A DNA stretch of 39,722 nucleotides, taken from the NCBI GenBank assembly GCA_003990765.1, contig RBNJ01000136.1, positions 1-39,722 on the forward strand. Reading direction: 5' to 3'. Source of the DNA: Jimgerdemannia flammicorona (Eukaryota). Of this stretch, positions 1-12,998 are shown piece after piece (position 1 is the stretch's first letter; each line of letters starts with the position of its first letter). A program made the position numbers and the translations under genes. The notes under the pieces were generated by a model. The model ran no database searches and was not told the DNA's origin. It saw only the letters and a program-made list of their open reading frames with translations.

Positions 1-92
1 AAACAAACAAAAAAAAAAAAAAAAAAAAAAAAAACCACAAAAAAAAAAAAAAAAAAGAAAAAAAAAACAAAAAAAAAAAAAAGAAAAAAAAA

Positions 93-150
<58 letters not shown>
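1..150. repeat. Poly(A)-rich tract with scattered C/G; probably low-quality contig-end sequence
   Basis: Nearly pure A with no periodic unit; joins directly onto the middle of a variant LTR at 151. Confidence 0.6.
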
Positions 151-152
<2 letters not shown>

Positions 153-1129
153 AAAGGAAACCAAAAGTACCAAAATCAAACCAAGACAAGAAGAACCCTA
201 TCTCATCCATCAAAAGGTTCATGAACTGCACTTATCAACTCAAGACCAAGATATACTATGACTATATAAGATCTCATTACTTAACAGAAGTAAAATATAT
301 TTGAATAACTTCATTCACTCTATCTGTATTACCTCTATTAGAGAGTGACAGATGTTTCATCTGAACTCAAAAAAGCCAACATTGTCAAAACCAATCTCAA
401 GCCATCCACATAATGGATATTACTACTAGAAATTGCCTTGGATTATAGAAAATATCATTTCTGAGAGGTTTGAACCCCCAGTTGCGATATTGGGAGCCCT
501 CACCCTAGATAAGAATGACCAGTCCTTATAAATGTGTCAGAAGTCCAAAAAAAAAAGAGAACCAAGACCTGTTATCCTTATACAATCACTGCCACCAAGG
601 ACAGTCTTAATCTTGCAAGAGATAGAAGTGATGACACCTTGGAAACTGATGATGTCAGAAGTTAGAAAACTGTTCAAACTTTGTCAGAGATGATATCATC
701 AATAGTGATATCATTAAAAACTAACCAGACAGCAGCTAAACTTATAAATAGCTTGCAGTTATAGTATAGTTAGATTAGTCTTATATGATATGACTGTGAA
801 CTGACTCAGCAGTCAGACAATCTCTTGATATGTCAGATCACACTTATACTATGTAACTGCATTCCAACTCAGCAAGGCACTAAGTACTATATCCATATCT
901 AGCATAGTCTAGATAGCCTCTCACTAGTATAAATACCTCCTCTCTCAGACCTCAGAATCTCAGTCTTAAATACTTGAATAATCTGAATATAACTTCTGAA
1001 TACTTTCCCACAATACTCCTTCATATAACTACTCTTAGTATAGCAATATCATGAATAGCGAATAAACTTATTTAATAACCCACAAACTACTCTTAAGTAA
1101 ATTCACTCCCTGTTAGGTCCCACTCCTAA
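151..1129 (+). repeat. Variant (type B) LTR fragment, interrupted at 1130 by an opposite-orientation LTR
   Basis: Reverse-complement match to ~35785-36763; contains family TATAAAT (928-934) and AATAAA (1061-1066). Confidence 0.85.
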
Positions 1130-2625
1130 TATTAGAGGGTTGCTTTTTAGGGCAACCATTATGTAGTTCTGGAAGGGTTTTCTGGAAGTTCTGGATATTC
1201 TGGAAGACTTTTTTTAAGGTCAAGATCAATTTCATATGGAGTATGTCCTCTATGCTTATTGATTTCAAGTTCAGATTAATATCTCAATCAAAGTCCTTTT
1301 TTGGACTAGTTCTGGATGTTCAGGATTTTCTATATTTCAGGAAGTTCAAGAGACTAAGACTAGCTTAGTTTAATCGGTGTATTACTGCAGACAATACCCA
1401 ATTAGGAAATTTCGTGACAGGGTTAGGAGTGGGACCTAATGGGGAGTAGATTTACTTAAGAGTAGTTTGTGGGTTATTAAATAGATTTATTCACTATTTA
1501 TGATATTACTATACTAGGAGTAGTTGTGTGAAGAGATATTATGAGGAAGTGTTCAGGAGTTGTGTTCAGATTGTTCAGATATTCAAGTCTGAGATTCTGA
1601 GGTCTAGGGGAGGGGGTATTTATACAAGTGAGGGGCTATCTGAACTATGCTGAATATGGATGTAGCACTTAGTACCTTGCTGAGTCAGAATGCAGTCATA
1701 TAGTATAAGTGTGATCTGACATATCAAGGGATCATCTGACTGCTGAGTCAGTTCACAGTTATGTTATATAAGACTAATCTAACTATACTATAATTGCTAA
1801 ACTATTTATAGATTTAGATACTGTCTGAGTAGTCTTTGGTGACATCACCATTAATGGTATCATCTCTGATGAAGTAGTTATCTAGGAAGAGTTGTTCATG
1901 GATTAATTCTCCTTATTTACTGAGATAGTAATACATTAGAACTTCATCACCATTCCACAGGATAGCATCATCTGTCTCATATACTGGATAAGGCATTGGT
2001 GGGCAAAGGAGGAGTATGTCATCTTTACTTTCATCAGATTTGCTATCTGTATATCTTCTATAGGTTACAGCACTATAAGTCATGGAGTTGTAGTATACTG
2101 GTAGCTGTAGTTCATATCACTCATACTTCAGTGGTGAAGTGGTTGGTTCAGTCTTGAGGATTATCTGAAGGTATAGATTGTGTTCTCCGATCTCTTCATT
2201 ATAGTTGAAGTAATTGGGAGTAAATGCAGATTAGTATTTATACCAGTGGTCATTGTCCCAATAGGTCTCATAGGTAGTTATGAACTGTTGTAAGTTCATT
2301 AGCAAGGTTAGCAGAGTGATCAGGGTTGGCAGAGATCCTTGGCTTGAGGTCATGTTGGTGTCAGAGGGGTCATTGTCTTCTGCTTCATCTTTATCAAATT
2401 AGATTATATTGTAGATATCCTTCATCACGTATCTGACTTGAGGCATTTGCAGAATATGGTTATCAGGGTGTGGGAAGGCTCTGTCTGTGGTTTGAATGTA
2501 TTCGAGATATATACTTATAGTTGAGTTCTTATATCATATCATTGATTTGGCTATAGAATAGAGTAGCAATCATTTCACTGGTAGTAACTTAGAGACAGGG
2601 AATAAAGGTAGAAGAGTTCTCGATG
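1130..2625 (-). repeat. Degenerate partial type A LTR (U5/R and 3' part of the LTR ORF), cut by element A
   Basis: Starts with decayed terminus tattagagggttgc (consensus tgtaagagggttgc); colinear with other LTRs up to ...ttctcgatg. Confidence 0.9.
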
Positions 2626-3108
2626 TGTAAGAGGATTGCTTTTTAGGGTAACCATTACATAGTTCTGGAAAGGTTTTCTGGATATTCTAGATATTCTGGA
2701 AGACCATTTTCTTATGGTCAAGATCAATTTTGTATGGAGTACATCCTCTATGCTTATTGATTTCAAGTTCGGGTTGATATCTCAACCAAAGTCCTTTTTT
2801 TTTGGACTAGATCTGGATGTTCAGGATTTTTCGTATTTTAGGAAGTTCAGGAAACTAAGACCAGCTTAGTTGAATCAGCATATTGCTACAGACAATACCC
2901 AATTAGGAAATTTCATGATGGGGTTAGGAGTGGGACCTAACAGGGAGCAGATTTACTTAAGAGTGGTTTGTGGGTTATTGAATAGGTTTATTTGCTATTC
3001 ATGATATTGCTATACTAGAAGTATTTGTGTAGAGGAATATTGTGGGGAAGTATTCAGGAATGTTCTTATGTGTTTAAGTCTGAGATTCTGAGGTCTGGGG
3101 GAGGGGGT

Positions 3109-3115
3109 ATTTATA
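3109..3115 (-). promoter_or_regulatory. Main LTR TATA box (TATAAAT)
   Basis: ctagTATAAATacc motif recurs in LTR copies (e.g. 15267-15273, 928-934); AATAAA ~120 nt downstream. Confidence 0.7.
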
Positions 3116-3289
3116 CTAGTGAGGAGCTATCTGGACTATGCTAGATATGGATATAGCACTAAGTGCCTTGCTGAGTTGGAATGTAGTCACATAGTATAAG
3201 TGTGATCTGACATATCAAGAGATCATCTGACTGCTGAGTCAGTTCACAGTCACATCATACAAGGCTAATCTAACTAGGCTATTTATGTT

Positions 3290-4387
3290 TTAGACACTGT
3301 CTGAGTAGTCTTCGATGATATCACTATCGATTGCATCATCTCTGATGAAGTAGTTGTCTAGGAAGAGTGATTCACGGATTACTTCTCCTTGTTCACTGAG
3401 GTAGTAATACATTGGAACTTTGTCTCCATCCCATAGGATAGCATTGTCTGTCTCGTAGGCTGGATAAGGTGTTAGTAGATAAAGGATGGGTATATTGTCT
3501 TCACTTTCATTGGATTCGCTGTCAGTATACCTTCTATAGGTTACAGCATTATGAGTTGCAGGATTGTAGTAAGCTGGTGGCTGTGATTTATGTTGCTCGT
3601 ACTCAGATGGTGGAGTGGTTGGTTCAATGTCAAGGGTTGTCTGGAGGTACAGGTTGTGTTCTCTGGTCTCTTCGTTGTAGTTGAAGTAATCGGGGGTGAA
3701 TGTGGGTTGGTATTCATACTAGTGGTCATTGTCCCAATAAGTCTTATATGCAGTTATAAACTGTTGTAAGTTCATCGGCAAGGTTGGCGGAGTGATCAGG
3801 GTTGGCAGAGATCCTTGGCTAGAGGTCATGTCGGCATCAGAAGGATCATTATCTTCTGCTTTATCTTCATCGAAGTGGATTATATCATAGATATCCTTCA
3901 TGGCATATCCAACTTAGGGCATTTGCAGGATATGATCATTAGAGTGTGGGAAGGTTCTGTCTGTGGTTTCAACATACTCGAGGTACTTGTGGTTGAGTTC
4001 TTGTATCATGTCATCAATTTGGCCATAGGACAGAGTAGCAACCATTTCGCTGGTAGTAACTCGGAGGCGAGGAATAATGGTACTGTACTTGTAGAAGAGT
4101 TCTCGATATTTGCGGGCGATGAGCTTCTGGTGTTGAGACATCTGGGTAATGTCTGTGTTGTGGTAGTGTTCAACCATGTCTTCCAGGAGGTGGCCGATCT
4201 GGTAGTAGCTTGAGATTTGTCTGATTCAGTGGGCCTCACTAAGCATGTTCAGAGCATTCCATCAGGCTTCCACGAAGTAGAGGAGTACTAGGCTATGGAT
4301 ATTCATGAGGGGCAGAGGGGGTGTGGCTCGGTTGACAATAGTATTCCAAATATCAGCACAGATATGGTTGTAGATCTCGGTGATCAT
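3290..4387 (-). pseudogene. LTR-encoded orphan ORF (365 codons), copy in A 3' LTR with premature stops
   Basis: 1098 nt ATG..TAA; track fragments 3719-3901, 3914-4177 and 4262-4468 share this frame and match the 338-aa ORF at 15463. Confidence 0.85.
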
Positions 4388-4645
4388 GTTTGTGTGTTTG
4401 GAAGTTTGTGGTTGTTGTTTGTTTTGGTTCTCTGTTTCAACGTGTCTCGGTGCTCGGTATATATACATTTGATCCTAATTGGTAAGATTCTGCTTGTATA
4501 AATCTTGTGTTCTGTGACTTCATATTAACTCAGCTTTGTGCACTGTGACTTCGGTTTGACTCAGCTTCATGATCAAGCAGGTGATTTCCAGATTTGTTCA
4601 GAGGTTGTGTGTGATTTCAGTGGCTTGGAGGTTGTGCGCTTACAA

Positions 4646-4658
4646 CTCTCCCCTTCTT
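4646..4658 (-). other. Polypurine tract AAGAAGGGGAGAG
   Basis: Purine run 1 nt before the TG of the 3' LTR; also at ~16818-16830 and ~32099-32111. Confidence 0.9.
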
Positions 4659-4869
4659 AGCTTTCGATGTCCTTGTTGGGGCCTTCTAATTTTATTCAGT
4701 GGTACAGGGAAAATAGGTTGCTTTTCAGTTTTGCTATTTTTCCAGAGAGTCAGTATTCTTGTTTTGTTTTGCTGAGTTCTTGGTTTGGTTTGTGATTATA
4801 ATGTTCAGGAGGATAATATATAGTATGTATGAATAGGTGTGGAGTATTTGGTTCTAGTTGTTCAAGGAA

Positions 4870-5025
4870 TCATATTCCTGAACTAGGTCAGTAGCATTCT
4901 GGAGATTGGTCTTGAGTTCCCAGGTTGCATCGTGGATTGGGTAACCTTTCCATTTGACAAGGTACTCAGGGTGGCTCTTGTTGCCATGTTTGTTGAGGAT
5001 TTGTTCAACTTCGTACTCTTCTTGG
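4870..5025 (-). pseudogene. Integrase C-terminal chromodomain (element A)
   Basis: EEYEVEQILNKH...EYLVKWKGYPIHDATWE after the GPY/F-region IHPVFNV motif. Confidence 0.92.
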
Positions 5026-8000
5026 TCATTAATAATGACAGGTGCAGGTGGTTTGGTGGTCCAGTTTGGAAATAGCTCATCATCATTCTCATTGTATTGC
5101 TTGAGACATTGAACATTAAAGACTGGGTGAATCTTAATGGTGTCTGGTAGCATCAATTTGTAGGAGGTTGGAGAGACTTGTGTGATGACTTCAAATGGTC
5201 CAATGAACTTGCTGTTTAGCTTTGTAGATGGTCTGTACTTGAGATTGTCAACTTGGTATCCTCTGATGTCCAGTAGAACTTTTTCTCCAATATCAAAAGT
5301 TTCTTCTCAGCAATGTTGGTTAACATACTGTGACTGTTGTTCTTGAGCTCATAATAAATTCTCAATGGCAATCTGGCTTAGATTGCGCATTCAAAGTAAG
5401 AATTCTTCAACAGCTTTGACTGTGGAGGGTTCTTCAGTGGTTTGGATAAGTGTCAAAGGGGTGTTTGGGTTTTGTCTAGTATTGGTGAAGAATGGGGTCA
5501 TTCCGAGAGAGGCTTGCTTGCTATTGTTATAGGCAAACTTGACTGCAGTGAGGTGTTCATGCCAATCATCTTGTCTGTAGGAAACATAGTTCCTTAGTAT
5601 TTATTCCAGAGTTTGGTTCATTCTTTCAGTTTGACCATCAGTTTCAGGGTGAAAGGCTGTGGATAGTACAAGTTTTGTTCCAAGATATGCATGGAGGGCT
5701 TTCCAAAAATGGCTGGTGAATTTCGGGTCTTGGTTGCTAATAATGATCTTAGGAAGACCATGATAGTGGAAGATGTTGTCAAATAAGAGTGTAGCTATGT
5801 CTGGTGCTGTTACAGTAGTAGTAGTAGGCATAAAGTGGGCTTGTTTGCTGAGATAGTCCACAAAGACAATAATTGCATCTTTCCCATTCTTGGTTCAGAG
5901 TAGTTGTACAATGAAGTTCATAGAGATTTGTTCCCAATTTGCAGATAGTACTGGGATAGGGTGGAGTAAGCCAGGTTTTGCTAGTGTTGAGGACTTGTTC
6001 TGTTGGCAGGTATCACAGAAAGTAATGTAGGTTTTGAGCTGATCTGCCATGTGGGGCCAATAGAAGTTTCGGGAGATAACTTCATAGCATTTATCAAATC
6101 CTAAATATCCAGCTATAGGAGTATCATGACATTCGAATAGGATAGTCCTTCAGAGGTCTCAGTTGTTTGGGACATACAGTCTGTCTTTGTAGTAGATAGC
6201 ATTGTCCTTCAGTTGGTATTGATGATACTATGTATATTTGTCAGTATCGTCACTATTTAGGATTTCTCACAGTGCTTGAGCTTCCTTATCATCAGCATAT
6301 GCTGTGATAATTTGTTCCATAATAGTGTTGGTAACCAAGGTGAGAGTTTGGATAACTTCTTCAATGGGTGGTCTGGAGATTGCATTGGTAATAATATTTT
6401 CCTTGCCAGGGCGGTACTGGATTTTGTAGTCAAAGTTGGTGAGGACTTTCATCCATCTGGCTTGCTTTTGAGAAAGGGTAGCCTGTGTCTTGATGTTAAC
6501 TAATGACTTGTGGTCAGTTAATACAGTGAAGTGTGCTCCTTCTAGATATGGTCACCATTTGATCAGAGTGTCTATGATAGCTAGTATTTCCTTCTTGTGG
6601 GTTGTATAGTTAATTTCAGTATCATTGAACTTGCAGGAGTGATAGGCCACAGGGTGTCCTTCTTGCATGAGTACTGCTCCAAGGGTTAGGTCAGAGGCAT
6701 CAGTGGTAACTTCATATGGCAGTGCAGGGTTTGCTGCTTGAAGTACTGAAGTGGTTATCAGGGTATCTTTTAGTGCTTGAAAGGCAGTATCTTGCTCGGG
6801 TCCCCAAGTTACAAGATTGTTGAAGTCTTTCTCTTGTTTCATGGTCCAGGGTTGTTCTTGTTTCTTGCTGTGCTTGGTCATTTGGGTGAGAGTGGTAGCA
6901 ATTTTATCAAAGTTGGCAACAAATCGCCTGTAATAGTTTGCTAATCCCAGGAATGACTGGAGGTCTTTCAGCTTCTTGGGTCTGGGCCAATCTTTGATTG
7001 CCGAGATTTTGCTGGGGTCTACTTTGATTCTATTTAGAGTGACAATGTATCCAAGGAATTGAATTTCTTTCAGGAGAAATTCACACTTGCTGAGTTTTGC
7101 AAAGAGTCGGTTTTCTCGGAGTTTCAGTAGTACTAGTTCAAGATATTCAAGATGTTCCTCTAGGGTTTTGCTGAAGACTAGGATGTTGTCAATATAGACA
7201 ACAACGAATTTGTCTAGATATGGATGCAGAATGGTATTCATCAGTATCTGGAAGATTGCTGGAGCATTAGTTAAGCCAAAGGGCATAACCAGGAACTCGA
7301 AGTGTCTATAGCGAGTTTGGAAAGCTGTCTTGTGGATGTCTTCTTCTTTTATAGCAATTTGCCAATAGCCATTTTACAGGTCAAAAGAGCTCATAAATTA
7401 TGGGTTGGTAAGTCTATCGAATATTTCATCAATCCTCGGTAGTGGACAACAGTTCTTGATGGTCTATTCATTGAGATCGCAGTAGTCAATGCACATTCAC
7501 AGGTCTCCTCCTTTCTTGACAACAAAGAGGACTGGTGCACCATAGGGAGATACACTGGATCTGATGAATCCTTATTCTAGGAGTTTGTCGATTTCCTTCT
7601 TGAGTGTATCAATTTCTCTTGGAGACATGTGGTAGATTAACTTGAGGGCTGGTTTGGCATCTGGGATAGTCTTGATAGCATAGTCTACTGCTCGTTTGGG
7701 AGGTAGGCCTTTCAGGAGCTTCTTTGGGAATATATTCCAGAATTTCTGGAGTAGTGGTCTGACACAGCTATCAACTTTGGAAAAATCTTCTTCAGAGTTC
7801 TCAGGTTCTCCTTTGGATAGACGGATGGAGATGGTAAAGAGAGGGCATTTTTTGGCCAATTTCTTGAGTTGTAGCTTGTTGATGTGGGTGATCTTTGGTC
7901 CAGGGTCACTAGAGTTGAGTGGGTCCTTTTTGCCTTATAGTTTGAAGTTGTGGTGTCCTTTCTTGATGGTCAGAGAATGGTTTACCCAATCTATCATGGG

Positions 8001-8514
8001 GTTCTCTTATTTTAACCATGAAGTCCCAAGGATGATTTCATTGTCAGAAAGTGGTATGATCTGGAGGGTAACATATACTCAGTAGTCACCAATTCGGAAG
8101 GGTAGATTGCAGACTTCTTTGCTAATAATGTGTGAGGTTCTATCAGCTGTAGCAACTGCTTAAGTTTGCTGTACTGGAGAGGTGAAGACCTTGAGTCTGT
8201 TGGCTGTTTCTTCATTGATGAAGTTTTCTGAGGCACCACTGTCTATCATAATCTTGACAGGTGCTCCATTGACAAAAGCCTTAAGGGTGAGCAGTTTGTC
8301 TGATCCAATAGTGGTGATTTTGGTTGTTTGAGCTTTCCTTCTGTTGGTTCTTCTTTGAGCCAGTTCATTGATACAAAAGAAGCAATCATCAATCATTTGG
8401 GAAGAGTACATTCCAATGCCATGAGGGCATTGGCCACTTGGTACATATCCATCTTCGATCTTCTTGTAGAATTGTTCTTCTTTGTTTGTGGTAGGTTGGG
8501 TTGGGGCCTTGTTT

Positions 8515-8920
8515 GATGAGCCAAATCTTTTGGATCCTCGGATGGTGGGCAGTAGTTCAGGGACTTCCTTGACTGTCAGAGTTGACTTGATTTTTTCGAA
8601 TAAGATCTGGGCAATGCAGAAACCAATAGGGATCTTGAAGGGTGTCCAACTGTGGTTTCGGATGAGGACAATAATTTCACCTGTGTAATCCTCATCAATG
8701 ACTCCTCCTTCTACTGAGAGTCCTTTCAATGCTAGGCTGCTGTGACAGCATATTCTTCTAACATGTCCTTTAGAGATTTGGATACTGATTCCTGTATAGA
8801 CTTATTTGACTTCTTGGTTGGAAACTGTAGCTTCTTTGGCTACATACAGGTCATATCCAGCTGCTTTTTAACTTCCTTTGATTGGGGCCTTAGCAGTTTG
8901 TCTTAACTTGACAAAGTCTA
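8515..8920 (-). pseudogene. dut: Trimeric dUTPase domain (element A)
   Basis: AAGYDL, degenerate motif II, GGVIDEDYTGEI, IAQI and RGSKxFGSS in canonical order. Confidence 0.92.
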
Positions 8921-9986
8921 GTGTTCTGGTGGTCAGGTTGTTGAGGTGGTGCAGAGTGGTAACAGTTGCTCATATTGCTGTTCGGGGTTTTCAGTTAGGG
9001 CAGGCACTGGCCATGTGTCCTGTCTTTCAGCAATAGAAGCATGCTCTGCTTCTTCAAAGTTTGTTCCTTTTGCCTTCAGTAAGTTTCTTGAAGATACTTG
9101 GCTGAGTGGGTTCATAATTTCTGGGTGTCCAAGAGGTGGATGTGGAGAGAGCTTGAGATGCTTCATGCTTGGGTTCTTCTTTCTTAGTCCAAGTCTTTTT
9201 CTTATTATTAAATTGCCTTCAAGGCAGAATTGGTCCAGCTGTTAGGATTCGCTTGACCATAGTCTTGATTCTTGCCAGGCACCATTGTTGGTGATCACAA
9301 CCAACTGGGTGGCCTTATTCTTGGATTTTTCTAGTAAGCTATTCAGATAGTGTATCAAATAAATGGTCTGCTCTTGTACCATTTCATGCTTCATCATTGG
9401 TAATATATCCTAGGCCAACAGTGTTCAGGAGTGACTTGAGTTTTATACAGAAGATTTTGAATTCTTCTTTGCCATGTATATCGAATTTGAGGTTGTGCAG
9501 TTTTACTCAAGATTCAGCAATCATGGTTTCACTGTGGTATTGAGCAATCATGAGTTGTTTGAGTGCAGGGGCTGCAGGGTGGGCTCCATATCCTGGGGCA
9601 TTGTTTGTTACATTCTGAGCAACTACTGCAGGTCGGGTATCCCATGTGAGGGGTTTTTCAGAAAGAGTTCACCACCATTCTTTGGCAGATCCTCAGAAGA
9701 ATGTAACAACTCAGCAGACATAGGCTGTAGTGGTAGCAAACAGTTGTTCCAGAGTGTGGTCTTGATTGTTTGTCAGAACGTGGTCAGCAACTCACTCATT
9801 GGTCCATTGATTGGCTTCGAAGTTGGTATCCACTACACTAATGAAGCTTTGGACTTCTTGTACAGTACCATTGAAGATAGGTAGGCTCAGATTTTTGGTA
9901 GGTCGGGTCTGTTCAGCTAAGGCAGTAATGATTGCTGCCATTATGGCTACCTGGACTGTGAGGTTAAGAATCTGTTGGTTCACTAT

Positions 9987-10841
9987 GTTGTTTACTGGAG
10001 GTAGTTGGACTGCTGGTAGTGGTATTACTAGTACTACTTGAGGTACTGGTGCAGAGTGTGATGGGGTTCTTTGAGTCTGTGTAAGTTGCTGGAGTAGTAG
10101 TTGTGGGTCTGAAGTAAGGGCTTGATAGATAACTATTTATTGCTGTGTAGGTGTATTCTGTCCTGATGGAGGTGCTTCTCCTTCAGTGGTGTATCCGGGA
10201 TCAAATTCACTGAGATACTCCTCCTCTTCTTCAGTTTGGTCCCCGTGTAATTGGGTTTGCTCAGCATCAAAGTAAACAGAATCAGTTGTATATCTGATTT
10301 CAGATAGACTTAATTCAAGGTCAAGTTCAGGTTCAGTATTGGTTTCAGATTCAGGTAGGGCTGTAGCAGGGCCTGCTTCAGGTTCGGGATCAGGTAGTTG
10401 ATGAAGGGTTTCTCTTACTTCTTCTTTAAGAATATGGCAGGTCTTGCTGTTCTGGAATCAGTAGTATAATGTAGTCTTGGTCCTGGTATGGTGAAAATTG
10501 GTAGAGTTGAGCCACTTGGCTACAGAGGCTTGGGATTTGTGAGGAACTAAGGCTAGAAAGACTGCTGCTAGTTGTCCTAGGTTGCTCAGATTTGTGGAGC
10601 TGACAAAACTCTTATTGAGAAGAGTAAAGAAGGCTTCAATAAGGCCTTCGTCATCTTGACTTGCTGGGTGTAGTGCAAGGAGTTCAGTGAATAGAGTTTC
10701 GCCTATTTGCTGGTTTAATCTGAGTACTTCTTTCTTTGAATGAAGTTTGTCCTACTTGTTGCAGGTGTGGAGGTCAAATTGTCCTTATATGTTAGGTTCA
10801 ATTCTCTCCAGATTGTCAGATGGTTCAGGATAAATTCCAGT
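9987..10841 (-). pseudogene. AUG-less 285-codon frame continuous with the gag N-terminus (element A)
   Basis: Manual translation gives ...KKEVLRLNQQIGETLFTELLALHPAS...EEEEEYLSEFDPGY... with three transition-type stops; 855 nt in all five copies. Confidence 0.7.
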
Positions 10842-10933
10842 TCAGAGGTTGGGCTTTATACCAACTTGTAGGAATTCGCAGAGGGGTTTGTAGCAGGGTG
10901 AGGAAGTGTCTTGAAGCAGAATTGGGTTGTAAA

Positions 10934-10945
10934 CTGCTACTACCA
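10934..10945 (-). other. Primer-binding site (consensus TGGTAGCAG), initiator tRNA-Met-like
   Basis: 3 nt inside the 5' LTR end; also 14366-14377, 23326-23337, ~29970-29981, ~35476-35487; tRNA identity inferred. Confidence 0.8.
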
Positions 10946-10948
10946 AGT

Positions 10949-12998
10949 TGTAAGAGGGTTGCTTTTTAGAGTAACCATTACGTAGTTCTGGAAAGGTTTT
11001 CTGGATATTCTAGATATTCTGGAAGACCGTTTTCTTATGTTCAAGATCAATTTTGTATGGTGTACATCCTCTATGCTTATTGATTTCAAGTTCAGGTTGA
11101 CGTCTCAACCAAAGTTCCTTTTTTTGGACTAGTTCTGGATGTTCAGGATTTTCCATATTTCAGGAAGTTCAGAAAACTAAGACCAGCTTAGTTGAATCAG
11201 TGTATTGCTGCAGACAATATCCAATTAGGAAATTTCATGACAGGGTTAGAAGTGGGACCTAACAGGGAGCAGATTTACTTAAGAGTGGTTTGTGGGTTAT
11301 TGAATAGGTTTATTTGCTATTCATGATATTGCTATACTAGGAGTATTTGTGTGAAGAGATATTGTGGGGAAGTATTCAGAAATGTTCTTGTGTGTTCGAG
11401 TCTGAGATTCTGAGGTCTGGGGGAGGGGGTATTTATACTAGTGAGGGGCTATCTGGACTATGCTAGATATGGATGTAGCACTAAGTGCCTTGCTGAGTTG
11501 GAATGCAGTCATATAGTACAAGTGTGATCTGACATGTCAAGAGATTATCTGACTGCTGAGTCAGTTCACAGTCACATCGTACAAGGCTAATCTAACTAGG
11601 CTATTTATGTTTTAGGCACTGTCTGGGTAGTCTTCAATGACATCACTATCGATTGCATCATCTCTGATGAAGTAGTCGTCTAGGAAGAGTGGTTCGCAGA
11701 TTACTTCTCCTTGTTCACTGAGATAGTAATATATTGGAACTTTGTCTCCATCTCACAGGATAGTATTGTCTGTCTCATAGGCTGGATAAGGTGTTGGTAG
11801 ATGAAGGATGGGAGTATTGTCTTCACTTTCATTGGATTCACTGTCTGCATACCTTCTATAGGTTATGGCACTATGAGTTGCAGGATTGTAGTAAGCTGGC
11901 AGCTGTAGTTCATGTCGCTCGTACTCAGGTGGTGGAGTGGTTGGTTCGATGTTGAGGGTTGTCTGGAGGTACAGGTTGTGTTCTCCTGTCTCTTCATTGT
12001 AGTTGAAGTAATCAGGGGTAAATGTGGGTTGGTATTCGTACCAGTGATCATTGTCCCAATAAGTCTCGTATGAAGTTATGAACTGTTGTAAGTTCATCGG
12101 CAAGGTTGGCAGAGTGATCAGGGTTGGCAGAGATCCTTGGCTAGAGGTCATATCAGCATCAGAGAGATCATTGTCTTCTGCTTCATCTTCATTGAAGTGG
12201 ATTATATCGTAGATGTCCTTCATGGTGTATCCAACTTGGGGCATTTGCAGGATATGATCATTGGGGTGTGGGAAGGTTCTGTCTGTGGTTTCGACATACT
12301 TGAGGTACTTGTGGTTGAGTTCTTATATCATGTCATCAATTTGGCCATAGGACAGAGTAGCAACCATTTTGCTGGTAGTAACTCGGAGGCAAGGAATAAT
12401 GGTACTGTACTTGTAGAAGAGTTCTCGATATTTGCGGGCGATGAGCTTCTGGTGTTAAGACATCTGGGTAATGTCTGTGTCATGGTAGTGTTCAACCATG
12501 TCTTTCAGGAGGTGGCCAATCTAGTAGTAGCTTGAGATTTGTCCGATTTGGTGGGCCTCGCTAAGCATGTTCAGAGCATTCCATTGGACTTCCACAAAGT
12601 AGAGGGGTGCTAGGCTATGGATATTCATGAGGGGAAGAGGGGGTGTGGCTTGGTTGACAATGGCATTCCAAATGTCAGCATGGATACAGTTGTAGATCTT
12701 GGTAGTCATGTTTGTATGTTTGGAAGTTTGTAGTTGTTGTTTGTTTCGGTTCTCTGTTTTGACATATCTCGGTGCTTGGTATATATACATTTGATCCTGA
12801 TTGGTAAGATTCTGCTTGTGTAAATCTTGTGTTCTGTGACTTCGTATTGACTCAGCTTTGTGCACTATGACTTCGGTTTGACTCAGCTTCATGATCAAGC
12901 AGGTGATTTCCAGATTTGTTCAGAGGTTGTGTGTAATTTCAGTGGCTTGTTCAGGGGGTGATATATAATTTTGGTGGCTTGGAGGTTGTGCACTTATA
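10949..12998 (-). repeat. 5' LTR of element A
   Basis: Direct repeat of 2626-4644 plus an extra 32-bp unit; PBS adjacent. Confidence 0.95.
11612..12709 (-). pseudogene. LTR-encoded ORF copy in A 5' LTR
   Basis: 1098 nt; track ORFs 11753-12244 and 12521-12898 in this frame. Confidence 0.85.

Larger units (their letters stand above)
2626..4644 (-). repeat. 3' LTR of element A (2019 bp)
   Basis: Sense termini TGTAAG...CTTACA (6-bp inverted repeat); preceded by PPT. Confidence 0.95.
4854..9986 (-). pseudogene. Single-frame Gag-dUTPase-Pol polyprotein of element A (1711 codons, many in-frame stops)
   Basis: 5133 nt, no net frameshift; LPIFNG, CCHC knuckle, [53 protein letters not shown]...YLVKWKGY. 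Confidence 0.93.
2626..12998 (-). mobile_element. Element A: near-complete dUTPase-bearing Ty3/Gypsy chromovirus, inactivated by stops
   Basis: LTRs 2626-4644 and 10949-12998, PBS, PPT, domain order gag-dUTPase-PR-RT-RH-IN-chromodomain. Confidence 0.95.

Noticed and set aside
1-150. Telomere repeat or retroposed poly(A) tail
   Set aside because: No periodic unit and no LINE body; it replaces the expected start of a type B LTR, most consistent with a contig-end artefact
3815-4213. Recurrent 132-aa antisense ORF (also 12137, 24542)
   Set aside because: TTG start, lies opposite the LTR ORF; recurrence reflects the repeat, so likely a shadow frame
9474-9884. Recurrent 136-aa plus-strand ORF (also 28510, 34016)
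   Set aside because: Antisense to the gag capsid region with no recognisable motifs
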